Below, in pieces: positions 13,540 to 25,230 of a stretch of DNA of 64,000 nucleotides; position 1 is the first letter of the stretch; every line of letters begins with the position of its first letter. The notes beneath the pieces were generated by a model. The model made no database searches and was not told the origin of the DNA. It saw nothing but the letters and a program-made list of their open reading frames with translations. Made by a program: the position numbers and the translations under genes. The DNA comes from Octopus vulgaris. Lineage: Eukaryota. The DNA lies in assembly GCA_951406725.2 (NCBI GenBank), contig OX597837.1:19592001-19656000 (forward strand), given 5' to 3'.

Positions 13540-14420
13540 TTATATATTTATTATTTCCGATCTTACCAATCAGTTTCGCACTAGCAGTTCAACGGAGCTA
13601 TACGTCTCAGTCCGATTATGTAATCCTGCGCTCATCAGAGGTAACCGTTAAGGAATAAAGTATGGCTACTACTCTCTATTGTTGAAGGTGAATAAACACA
13701 TCCGGTTGGTGAAAAAGATTATAAAACGAATCGATTAGGGGATTGAATTAACAGTTATGTCCCTTGGTGCCAAAACATCGTTTATGGGGGTGGTTTTGTT
13801 GCAAGTCGGCAAGAATATTCAGGAAAAGAGTTTGTGGGAGATGTGTGTGCCTTTAGTGTTGGTGTGTCCTTGTGGAAATGGAATGTGTTTAGCGTTACTA
13901 TATGTATAGCCTTTGTGTGTGTTGGGGGAGTGCATACAAATCTGTGTTCGTTGGTGTGTTTCTTTTCTTTTATGTATTGGTTAACTTCAGGGGGCATGCG
14001 GTGTGTGTAGGGGTACAATATGTGGGAGCTTATATTGGGGAGGGAAGTCTATTGAGTGGGCGTTCGCTGTGCTAAGGAGTGTGTGTTTGTTTGTGGATGT
14101 GTTAGTGTATGTTCTGGTCAAACTCTTTGCCGGACTCCAGACGTATTGATGGAGGGTCGAAGTTGGGCGACTGTTGAATATAGTCATGATGGGGCACGCA
14201 GGTTTGATAGGATATACTTCCTTTCGTGTGGTCAAGGGTTAAAAGTTTCACTTCTGCTATTTAGGTAAATGCCTGGATGATGGGTGCTCTTTAAAATCAC
14301 TCTTTTTTCTGGCAGGATGAACCTATCAGTACGGGGCGATTGCTTGTCTTCTAAGCTAAGCAAAGTCTTACCTACTCGGGTTTTAATACTTAAAGAGAAG
14401 GTCGATCTGAACCACAACAC
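13540..14420 (-). mobile_element. Internally deleted Penelope-like element with terminal hammerhead
   Basis: 14232-14420 reads [28 protein letters not shown] (PLE WFNPP.S..VKT.IGK.FL.L.DKHFP motif) fused to EKRVILKS...LNSRSE (endonuclease C-terminus). The HHR lies at the distal end. Confidence 0.7.
13559..13642 (-). ncRNA. Type I hammerhead motif with extended helix II
   Basis: Minus strand reads acct-CTGATGA-gcgc...(~46 nt)...gtgc-GAAA-CTGATTGG-TA-agat. The catalytic core is complete, with a GUA triplet. Confidence 0.6.
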
Positions 14421-14480
14421 TTTCAGGTGGAGTTTTATATATATTTATATATATATGTATGTATGTATGCACATATGCGT

Positions 14481-14568
<88 letters not shown>

Positions 14569-14892
14569 CGGGAAGCTTTATGAAAATAAACAAAAGACGA
14601 AGGCAGGTGGAATACAAACAAACAAACATATATATATATGTATGTATACGCATATGTGCATACATATGTGAACACACATACACACACACACACGCATATG
14701 TATGTGGGTCTCTGTACCTGAAGTAGAATAGCAGAGTTCATACAATGTGATTTTGTATATAATGTTTACTTATTTGAGTTCGCTACAGTAATTACATTAG
14801 GGTTTAGTGGTACGTGTGAAATTTTATAATAGCTTTGGCATGTAACACTCGAACTTTGGGTCACTGAGTCACTCCAGTAGCAATCTAAGCTC

Positions 14893-14947
<55 letters not shown>

Positions 14948-15164
14948 GTGTATGTGTGTGTGTGTGTGTGTGTGTGTATGCATGTACATATATGTAGATG
15001 TTTGTCTATATATATATTATGTTTACATACATAGATACATGCATATATACTCATGTTGTTGGACGTGCATACAGCCACACACACACATACACACACACAC
15101 ACACACGCGCAAACACACACACACACACACATATACATGTGTATACATACAATTCACTTCTTAT

Positions 15165-15352
15165 AAGGCGGCGAGCTGGCAGAATCGTTACCACACCGGG
15201 CAAAATGCTTATCGGCAATTCTGCCGAGGGTGACATTGCCCTTGACATTCTCTCAGTTGACAGAATAAGTTCCAGTTGAACACAAGAGTGGATGTAATCG
15301 ACTTATCCCCTCCTCTTAAATTGCTGGCTTTGAGCCAAACTTTGAAACCAAT
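15165..15352 (+). mobile_element. tRNA-derived SINE family B, internally deleted
   Basis: Head aaggcggcgagctggcagaatcgtta... is the same as at 20755. Confidence 0.8.
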
Positions 15353-15354
15353 GT

Positions 15355-15570
15355 TTAATTTTATTTCTAGACCTCTTGCCATAGGAGAAAAAAACAGTTT
15401 CTAACCTTGATTCAATTCTCTTCCACTGAATTTTGAAGCAATATCAAAAAAATGTGTGCATGTTTATGTGCATGTGTGCAATATTTGGAGTCTGTGCTTG
15501 TGACATTTATATATTTTTGCTTTATTTATGAATTCCATGCATATCGTTGCATATCTAGACACGTGCATAT
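15355..15570 (-). mobile_element. R4/Dong-type LINE 3' UTR fragment
   Basis: Reverse complement matches 46150-46375 (..ggttagaaac..ggcaaga..gaaataaa), which follows an R4-type C-terminus. Confidence 0.55.
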
Positions 15571-16369
15571 ATGTATACATGTATGCATGTATACCTATAT
15601 GTATATATGTGATTCAGATGTACAAAAAAAAATGAGACAGGCGAGGGAACAAGAAGCAAGGTGTATTTATTTGACGATCAGGAAACATGGAGAAGTCTTT
15701 GGCGTTTCGAGCCTAAGTCTTCGACAGAAAATAATGGGGAACGAAAAGGGAGAGAAAAGATAAAACGGAGGGAGGAATCGAAGATGCAGCATCTGGAATC
15801 AACCAGAAGTCGCAAGACCAATGTTCAATGTTCTGCACAGCAAAATAATTTCAGTCATTAGAAGCCATCTCAGGAAGTGGACTGCTAGGAAAGCTAGATA
15901 CACAGGGATGTTAACCCATTCCTCAAGCAAAACCCAGCTTATCCGTTCTAATGCCAAGCGCTGTATTTGTAAATGTTTAATTAGCCAACGACTTCGAAAC
16001 TAGCTTGATCATTAAAAATAAATTATAGATCAGTCTATAAGCTGCAGTGGTACCGTTGTATGCGACCGGTTGCCTTCGGATTATATATATGCACTTAGAC
16101 GGTTGTATGTTATGGCAGGTCAGAAAGTAGCCATTGGTTTCGCTCATACGCGACTTGTCCGGGTCAGATGGCCGGAGGCACATAACTTCTTTACAACTGG
16201 TCATGATCAGTTAAATTTGTAAACATTTATATATGTGTGTGTATATGTATGTATGCATGTATGTACGTATGTAAATATGTGTATATGTAAGAGTGTTTGT
16301 GTATGTATTTGCGCGTTTATCTTCACTGTATAACGTTCTCCTTTACTTAAACAGCAGTATGCATTTTGA

Positions 16370-16603
16370 AGGACATTTTTACATTTAGCAGCTGTTTCTA
16401 GCAGGCCATGTTACTACATAAAAACTTCTCCGTTGGTATAATGGCAATGGTCGTGTTGTTCGGTCTTGGAGATGGCCCGAACTCAGATGGAACAGATCTG
16501 TGATCAGAGATTATCCAGCCACGACCAGCTCGTCTTATTTAAATACTGTCTCCAGGAGAACATTGCCCAAGGAATTTATCTCGACTCGCCAGTACCAATA
16601 GCA

Positions 16604-16638
<35 letters not shown>

Positions 16639-18180
16639 TTATTAACGAAGCTATAATTATGATGTATGTAGTGATGTGTTGTCGTTGTAGTGGTATTTTT
16701 CGTAGTAAGTGTTGATGTTCAACCCTCGGTCGAGCTAGATTGAGTAGAGCTATGATCAAAAGCCTCTCATATATAACCATCCTGTCTATTTTCACTCATT
16801 CTTTTCAAAATATTACATTATTAATCGATGTCACCTTAAAGTTTTAAGACAATAGAAGCTGCTATTTCTAGCAGATCGAGCGAATATGTAGAAGCTCCGT
16901 TGGATTGCAGATTTTGTTGGTATTCTGACTCTAGCAAATTGAACGACCATATGGGAGCATTATTGCATTATGATTGATGTGTTAAGGAAGTTTAAAAAGT
17001 GAGCAGCAGGAGCAACAACAACAGGAAACTCAACAGCAACGACAACATCAAAAACAACTACAGCAGCAACAACAACAACGACAACAACAACAACGACAAC
17101 AACAACAACAACGACAACAATGAAAACAACTACAGCAAACAGCAGCAGCAGCAGCAGCAAAAACAACAACATCAATATGGACGACAACATATTGCTAACA
17201 CAGACAAACAGACAGCCTGCATCACTCTACCAATGGCAGCTGACTTGCATATTTATTTAGCTTTGTGCAACATGCTGTGGAATTTGGTGCACTGTGATGC
17301 ACTTTATGAATGCTATTTGGTGCATGCTGACTCGTTTGTTGTGTTCAGTGCATAGTTTTTTGGTGCATGCGTATTACATGTTGTTATTCCGATTCGTATC
17401 GGTGCTACATGTTATGTATCATGCAGCTTACTGCTGCAGTTGGTGCACTTTATCTGCTCTTTAGTACATCAAGTAGTGTACTTTGTATATGCATGTTGTG
17501 GAGCATTAAAGTGAGTTGCTTGCTGTTTATTGTTTGTTGTATGTTGTTGTTGTTATTGCTCCTGTTTAACCCTAGGTCTGCCTTGATTAAGCATCCCTAT
17601 GATCAAATGCATTCCATCTACGACCTGCTGTGTGCAGTGATCTCTGGATCACGTTAACCAGGTGTTGTTTGTATGTTGATGTTGTTGTTTTAACCACCGA
17701 TCACTCCTGACTGAACAAGACCGTTGTTTATCTCCGTCCCATTCATGACCACTCTGTCTTCTTCAAATTGTATATCCAGAACAAATTTCCGTTTTCAGAC
17801 AACAGAAAAAAAATTGGCTGTTATTTCTAGCAGTTGGATCAGTGTTTCTCAACCATTCTTTACCCATAGACCCCCTTGATTTCTAGTTTACTCAGATGGA
17901 CCTTCCTAACCATTTCATGTTTTAAAAAATCCTTTTATATTTTTATGAGTAAATATTAGAAGTTGAAAACAGTTATTAAAAAATTTCGTGTATTGTAGAA
18001 TTATAACCAATTTATTGCAGATCAATTTTAGCAACAAAATATGTGGATCTCCAAGGGCCATGTAGACCCCGGCTGAGGACCACTGACTTAGATGCATCCG
18101 TCATTGGCTCCGCATATTGCATTGTTTGTTGTTGATGTTATTGTTTCCTAGCCCCAGAGCACACTTAATCTACAGGTCTG
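16370..18180 (-). mobile_element. Cluster of at least five family-F fragments interspersed with GTT/CAA/GTA microsatellites
   Basis: Recurrent gctgctatttctagcag and ctatgatcaaa motifs at ~16390, 16750, 16860, 17597 and 17820. Confidence 0.6.
17840..18085. mobile_element. hAT (Charlie-like) MITE
   Basis: TIRs cagtgtttctcaacc and ggctgaggaccactg. Degenerate 8-bp TSD agttggat / acttagat. Confidence 0.75.
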
Positions 18181-18844
18181 TCGCAAACCATTTTTTGTTG
18201 AGAGGGGAGAGAGTGTGGTGGGTGCGTGGGGTGGGAAGGGAGTGAGAGTAGTAGTGGGAGGAAAGAGAGAGAGAGAGAGAGAGAGAAAGAAAGAGATAAT
18301 GGGAAAGAAAAATTTATCGGAGAACTGATACTTTATTTATCGACTGCGGAGTTATGAAAGTCAAAATTGACCTCAATGAGATTCGAACTCGGAGCAAACC
18401 GAGCCAGAACGATTAACATTCGATCTGACAGCTTAACTATTATGTCTATCCTGTATATCCTGTATATAAATACTTGACTGACTTCCTAGTTTCACTGAAA
18501 AGATTTAGGTTGAGCCGTGCCTCTCAGAGATTACTCTTGCTCAAAATGACGCTCAATGTGATCAAATGTGAGGTTTAATTGTCAACCATTCGGGCCAGAC
18601 TGAGCATGTTGTTCTGCGGTCCCTTCGATCCCTTTGTTAGACCGCGCACCTGTATATGCAATGATTTAATGGTTGATGAAGGGAGTACGTTTATGTAGAG
18701 TAAAAACATTTCAAAACTATAAAGAAATCATTTGTACGGGTTGTTCAGCAAATTACAGGAATCACCTTTCTCGGACTCGAAAGTCTACCAAGAGACTGGG
18801 CACCACTTCCGTCCTGCCAAAACATATACAGCTATCTCCTGATA

Positions 18845-19261
18845 CTTTTTTCTTTTATTCTTTTGTTTAGTCGAGGAAATCGGCCTCATGGCTTATTCTT
18901 TGTAAGCCTAGTACTTATTCTATCAGTCTCTCTTGCTGAACCTCTACGTTACGGGGACGTAAACACACCAGCATCTGTTGTCAAGCAATGTTGGGGGTGG
19001 GTGGGGACAAACACAGACACACATATAATACACACACATATAATAGACAAACATATAATACACACACACAAATATATATATATGTATATACATATATACG
19101 ACGGGCTTCTTTCAGTTCCCGTCTACTAAATCCACTTACAAGGTTTTGGTCGGCCCAAGGTTATAGTACAAGACACTTGCCCAAGGTGCCAGGCAGTGGG
19201 ACTGATCCCGGAATCATGTAGTTGGTAAGCAAGCTACTTACCACACAGCCACTCCTGCGCC
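18845..19261 (-). mobile_element. SINE family A, near full length
   Basis: Ends ...accacacagccactcctgcgcc, the reverse complement of the tRNA-like head with A and B boxes. Confidence 0.9.
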
Positions 19262-19537
19262 TATACTATACTATAAAAGATTTTTTAAACCTTGAGCAAA
19301 ATAACACAAGAAATATCGAAAGAAACCGACAAAACAGTAGCAGAGTAGATGTTAAATTAAAACCGTCGAATGCAAGTGCACGCGCACACAAAATCATACA
19401 CACTGATACTCACACACTGATACACCTCCTGAGGGTGCAGTCAAGAAATCATATGAATGTAATGTAAAAACACAAGGTTGCACATATGAGGAGGGAGAAT
19501 TGATCGGTCATATCGATCTTAGTTCTTCATTGTTGTA

Positions 19538-19694
19538 TCTCAGGTGGGTCATTATGCCAATAGGAAATACAACACACACTCTGGTTCAGTTTCATCGACT
19601 AGTTAGTAGGTTAAATAATTAGCCGATTAACGAATAATAAAGAAGTGAAATTGAACCAGTGCGTGTGTTTATTTGTCAAATGACTTGTCTGAGA
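19538..19694. mobile_element. Tc1/mariner-type MITE with TA target
   Basis: TA-tctcaggtgggtcatt...aatgacttgtctgaga-TA. Internal inverted repeat aacacacac..ctggttca.tttca / tgaaattgaaccag..gtgtgtt. Confidence 0.75.
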
Positions 19695-20626
19695 TACAAA
19701 AAAAAATGTGTCTCAGAATACCATTTGATGGTAAGAATCTTGCAAACCAAATACAAAAAACGAAACGTTCTTCATTGGTTCTTGTTTTATTGATTCCATG
19801 AAAATGATTGAAAACGTCGACCGTAGCGAGACAGATGTTGTGATTGTGATGTTGTGGGTGTGATGTTGTGACTGTTATGTTGTGCTTTTAGTAGTGTTGC
19901 TGTGAAAATGGTATTGTTCGTAAAGGTAGTTGTGCTTCGTGTTGTTGTTAATGGAGGTGGTATTGGTACGGGAGGTGATATTGTTGTTATTGTTGTTATT
20001 GTTAGCGGTGGTGGTGGTGGTGGCAGATATATGGCAGTGGTTACGGTGTTGTGATGGTGGTGTTGGTGATGATAGTGATTGTGCTGGTGGCGGCGGTGTG
20101 GCGGAAGCTAAGGTTAAAGGAATTTTGAATCCAATTTGGAAATTAAAATCGTCGTTCTCTTTCCCGTTGCTGTCACAGATGGTATGTAGAGGAAGGTGGA
20201 GGGTGAGGGTGGGAGGAGAAGATGAAGGAATTTGGAAATGGGGAAAGGAGGGGAGGAGAGAGGTGAAAAGTTGACAGTGCAATAATGTATTGAATTCGGT
20301 TTGGCTGTAACATATTGTATACACATACACACACTCATACATATGTACATACACACACATACACATGTACGCGCGCACACGCACAAGTACACACACGCGC
20401 ATGCATGCATACACACACTCACACACACACTCACACACACATGCACACACAAATATGGTAGAAATGAAGAATTGAACTCGTGACCGAGCGAGACCACTTC
20501 CAAAACTCAGTATGTCCATGTAAATGATCCGACAGACCGAGAATTTCTCGTGTGTGAATTTGTTCCGAGTCGATAAAGAGTTACACAGCACTGAACCCAC
20601 TTTTCAGGGCGATCATCCATCTATAA

Positions 20627-20700
20627 CAGTGGTTCCCAAACTTTTTCGGGCTGCCGCCCCTTTGACACTCGGGCCGCATTCCTACCACCCACCACCCCTA
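20627..20700 (+). mobile_element. hAT-type left end fragment
   Basis: cagtggttcccaaacttttt...gccgcccc is a typical hAT MITE start. No matching right end was found. Confidence 0.45.
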
Positions 20701-20754
20701 CTCAGCATCACAAACGTAGACCACTTTCCGTAGCAAATTCAAAACAACCATAAT

Positions 20755-20991
20755 AAGGCGGCGAGCTGGCAGAAACGTTAGCACGCCGGGCGAAATGCGT
20801 AGCCGTATTTCGTCTGCCGTTACGTTCTGAGTTCAAATTCCGCTGAGGTCAACTTTGCCTTTCATCCTTTCGGGGTCGATAAATTAAGTACCAGTTACGC
20901 ACTGGGGTCGATGTAATCGACTTAATCCGTTTGTCTGTCCTTGTTTGACCCCTCTGTGTTTAGCCCCTTGTAGGTAGTAAAGAAATAGGTA
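20755..20991 (+). mobile_element. SINE family B, full length and young, with MetaSINE-like central domain
   Basis: Head aaggcggcgagctggcagaa, B-box gagttcaaattcc, central gcctttcatcctttcggggtcgataaattaagtaccag, tail ...tagccccttgt...taaagaaata. Confidence 0.9.
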
Positions 20992-21133
20992 AGTAGCTTG
21001 CTTACCAACCACATGGTTCCGCGTTCAGTGCCACTGCATGGTACCTTGGGCAAGTGTCTTCTACTGTAGCCTCGGGCCGACCAAAGCCTTGTAAGTGGAT
21101 TTGGTAAACGGAAACTGAAAGAAGCCCGTCGTA

Positions 21134-21165
<32 letters not shown>

Positions 21166-21405
21166 AGTGTGTGTGTGTGTGCGTATACGTTTGTGTGTCT
21201 ATGTTTGTCTCCTCAACATCGCTTGACAACCGATGCTGGTGTTCTTACGTCCCCGTAACTTAGCGGTTCGGCAAAAGAACCGATAGAATAACTACTAGGC
21301 TTACAAAGAATAAGTCCTGGGGTCAATTTGCTCGACTAAAGGCAGTGTTCCAGCATGGCCGCAGTCAAATGACTGAAACAACTAAAAGAGTAAAAGTAAA
21401 GAGTA
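20988..21405 (+). mobile_element. SINE family A lacking its first ~19 nt, fused to the SINE B copy
   Basis: ggtaagtagcttgcttaccaaccacatggttcc...gtggatttgg...gactgaaacaactaaaagagtaaaag. Confidence 0.9.
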
Positions 21406-21408
21406 TAA

Positions 21409-21531
<123 letters not shown>

Positions 21532-21643
21532 ATATATATACACACACACAGAGCAGTATTTCACGACGACATGTAATTATTAGTATAGTACTCTCTTCAA
21601 ACCAGTTAAAAGGTTTATTTCTTTTATTTAGTTAAGATTCGTC

Positions 21644-22015
21644 ATGCCAGATAAAATACTAAGACAAGAAAGGAAAAGACATGCAACCAATGTTGCCATA
21701 TTTGTGGAACGTAGCAGTTTAGGAATTGTCAACTCTCTAATTGTTGCAAGATCTTTTGTCACAAAGTCGCATGCAATTGGAAGCCTCTGGCAGACATGTT
21801 TCAACTGTATCAAAGAAAGAAGATAAAAAATAAAAAATAAACAGATTCTAAACGTTGTAACAATATAAGGACACCGCAGTTCAGCCGACGGTTACGCAAC
21901 ATGGCGATCGATGGCGATCCCGGAAAATCAATGAGGGCCATCAACAAAGAAGTTCAGGTGTCAGCGTGGACAGTCAGAACTTGTGGTGCATAAGGACAGT
22001 CGATACAAGTTGTGT
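21644..22015 (+). pseudogene. Tc1/mariner-superfamily transposase N-terminal (HTH) remnant
   Basis: MPDKILRQERKRHA...VARSFV, then across frameshifts IRTPQF...IDGDPGKSMRAINKEVQVSAWTVR..VVHKD.RYK. Confidence 0.65.
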
Positions 22016-22306
22016 GTACGGAGGTTGTTTCTAAAGTGTGTATGTGTGTGTTGTGTGTTGTGTGTGTGTGTGTTTGCATGTAGGTTAGGCTGGAAAAGGG
22101 GAAGCGCTGGTTGTAGATATCTCTTGGATGGAGATTTTTGAGTTATTCTCTTCCATCGACGTTGCTGCTACTGATGTCTTAGCTGCTGCTGTTGTGTTGC
22201 TGTTGCTGCTGTTGCTGCTGTTGTTGCTGCTACTACTGCTGTTGTCGATGTTGGTAGAGATTCTGTGTAGTTATTGCTGTTCCTGATTTACTCTTGCTGT
22301 TACCGT

Positions 22307-23111
22307 GGATCTTTTCGGTTTGACCGGCAGTTTTTAACATAATTTCTAGGTAACTAAAAAATTTTAAACTTCGTATACTTGTAGAATGTGTTTATAAAAC
22401 ATCATTTTCTCTTGGTTATATTGAGAAAACATATTTGGTCTTTAATTTCTTCAATTTTTGTAATTTCAACCACTCACTGAGTTAAAAAGCATTCTGTGCC
22501 GTATGAATATGTCCCTCGTTTAAGAAACACATTGGGTTTATTTACATTTGTGAAAAAAAAAGATACCCTTCCCCCACCCCTAACCCTAACTAACCCTTAC
22601 TAAACCTAACTAACCCTAAATCTAAAATAGATTGAAATGCAATAGATCGATACTAGGGTCATAATTATAGGTGGCAATTTCATATGACACCGCTAGAAAA
22701 AACGCTAGCGGTGCCATATGAAATTGTCGCCCATAATTTTGACCCGAGTATCGATCTATAGCATTTCAATCTATTTTAGATTTAGGGATAGTTAGGGATA
22801 GTTAGGGCTAGGGGTGGGGGAAAGGTAACTTTTTTTTCTTCACAAATGTAAATAAACCCAATCTGTTTCTTAAACGAGGGGCATATTCATACGGCAGAGA
22901 ATGTTTTCACCTTAATAGACGGTCATTGATTGGTTGAAATTGTCGAAATGCAAGAAATTAAAGATGAAATATGTTACAAACTATAGAATTTTCTCAATAA
23001 AGCCAAGAGAAAAAGATGTTTTATAAACACATTCTACCAGTATACGAAGTTTAAAATTTTTTAGTTACCTAGAAATTATGTTAAAAACTACCGTTCAAAC
23101 CGAAAAGATCC
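22307..23111. mobile_element. 805-bp fold-back (palindromic) non-autonomous DNA transposon with telomere-like internal repeats
   Basis: GGATCTTTTCGGTTTGA...TCAAACCGAAAAGATCC. The arms pair to a centre at ~22700. Perfect 8-bp TSD GTTACCGT at 22299-22306 and 23112-23119. CCCTAA/TTAGGG runs occur in both arms. Confidence 0.92.
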
Positions 23112-23312
23112 GTTACCGTTACTATTGCTTCTGTTGTTGCACGTTGTTGTTGCAATAATTGTTTCAGTTGCAGCAGGGCAGAAGGCTGTCACATGGTTGT
23201 TTCTTCACCCCCTTGCCCTATCTACATGCTGCTGGATGTCCTCTCATATATCCCGAGGGGCTCTCTCTACTTGTGCGTTCGTGGCTGTCTCCAGACGACG
23301 ACAACGTTTTAA

Positions 23313-23513
23313 CCCTTTAGTATTCAGACTTCTCGGTCAAACGTGAAGCATTTTTATTCACAGTTTTGAATTAATCAAGCATTATCTTATAGCTTCAAGA
23401 TTAATATGATGCGATTGTTTATTTTTAGATCGACATTGTAGGGTAGTTGTAAGAGGCCTGATCAGGTTGCTTTGAACATAAAACTTGATATGGCCACTTT
23501 AAATGCTAAAGGG
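23313..23513. mobile_element. piggyBac-type MITE
   Basis: TTAA-CCCTTTAGtatt...aatgCTAAAGGG-TTAA. Confidence 0.8.
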
Positions 23514-24147
23514 TTAAAGACATGCAGGGATGAAGTATTGATCTCACAGTCGCAGCTATGTTGCAGGCCGGAGCACGGGGACTGCTCTTTTCTCAGTTTT
23601 CTTATAACGGGTAGAATCTTTTAATTTGGTCCGATAGAATAACTACTAGGCTTACAAAGAATAAGTCCTGGGGTCAACTTGCTCGACTAAAGGCGGTGTT
23701 CAGTAAAATGATTTTCTTTTATTATTCTAGACACGTGCATGTATGTATACATGCATGCATGTATACCTATATGTATATATGTGATTCAGATGTACAAAAA
23801 AAAAACAAAAACAAAAACAGAGGCAGTATAATTCCCTTGTGGAAGTCGCACCCGCGAAGGAGACATTGTCACGATTGACGCCACTGTTGCTGTTGTTGCT
23901 TGAAATGGTGTTAGAAGTTTTTGCTCTGTCACTGTTGTTGTTTTCGTTGCTGCTGTCATTGATGCCGGTGTTGTTGCTACTGCTGCTGCTGTTGTTTCTG
24001 CTGCTGCTACAATATATAATTACCGAACGTTTTTTTATAACCAATTTTAACATTTTAAAAAACTTTAACTCGAACCGAAAACTGTGAACTGAGATATCAC
24101 TCGCCAACACACTCTAACTTCTGGTATTATCACTTCTCTCGGCTTTA

Positions 24148-24196
<49 letters not shown>

Positions 24197-24197
24197 T

Positions 24198-24237
<40 letters not shown>

Positions 24238-24672
24238 GCATTGTCTATTCACGGGTCTTTGTTCCTCTCTCCATATAGTGTCCTGTCCAGGTCAACACTC
24301 ACTAAACACTCCTCCATTTTTGCTTTTCTTAGAGGGTCGAAATTCTGTAATCCTCTTCCCTACTTGCCGTAGCTTTTCTGCAGCCGTCGAAATGCAACGG
24401 ATACAAAATAGACCTTAACGTCATGTTAGCCCTCCGTCAGAAATTGAAGCTATCGGGGGTCCTTCGAAAGACCCTTGAGCACTGATTAGTTTATCACGCC
24501 TAACTAATAGGGAAACACCACCTATAAATTTCAGCTAAGCTGTTGTGATAAACATAATGACTGGACAGCCCTCCTAGGACGGGTGAAAACAGTTATATCC
24601 TCTTTTACTGTATATTTTGTGTCAGTCATTGGACTGCGGCCATGTTGGAGCACTGACTTAAAGCGTTTATAT

Positions 24673-24831
24673 CAGTGGGCCTCAATGGCCATTTGATGTT
24701 TAAAAACTAGTTTTATTGAAACTGTTTTCAAAGAACTCTGAATCTCCAATTAATTGTTTTGGTTGAATGGACCCCAAAACCTCTTATATGCACCCCACCG
24801 AAATCAAATGGATTCTAGTAGAGAACCACTG
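24673..24831. mobile_element. hAT MITE nested in the SINE A copy
   Basis: CAGTGG...gagaaCCACTG with degenerate 8-bp TSD gtttatat / gtttagac. Confidence 0.65.
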
Positions 24832-24965
24832 GTTTAGACGAACAAATTAACTCGAGTACTTACTTTTAAGTCCGATTCATATTCTATTGGTCTTTTGTAG
24901 AACCGCCAAGTTACGGGGACACCACTACAAACACAGAAACACACACATAAATAGATTCATTGACG

Positions 24966-25040
<75 letters not shown>

Positions 25041-25042
<2 letters not shown>

Positions 25043-25128
25043 GTTTCTTTATTGGCCACACAGGGCTGCACACAGATGGGACAAGTTACAAGGTAGAGCT
25101 TTTCTTTTGGGGGATGAAAAAAACAAAT
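25041..25128 (-). mobile_element. Severely 5'-truncated retroposon 3' end inserted in (GATA)n, similar to the SINE B tail
   Basis: tttctttattggccacacagggctgcacacagatgggacaa compared with the SINE B tail tttctttattgcccacaaggggataaacgtagagggaacaa (35190). Confidence 0.6.
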
Positions 25129-25170
25129 AGATTGATAGATAGATAGATAGACTGATGAATATATAGGGGA

Positions 25171-25230
<60 letters not shown>

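Noticed and set aside
22578-22815. Interstitial telomere or chromosome fusion site
   Set aside because: The few degenerate CCCTAA/TTAGGG units are internal, mirrored parts of a TSD-flanked transposon.
24240-24590. Possible LINE APE fragment (GGVSLLVRR on the minus strand)
   Set aside because: Only one short motif; the surrounding frames are unrecognisable.
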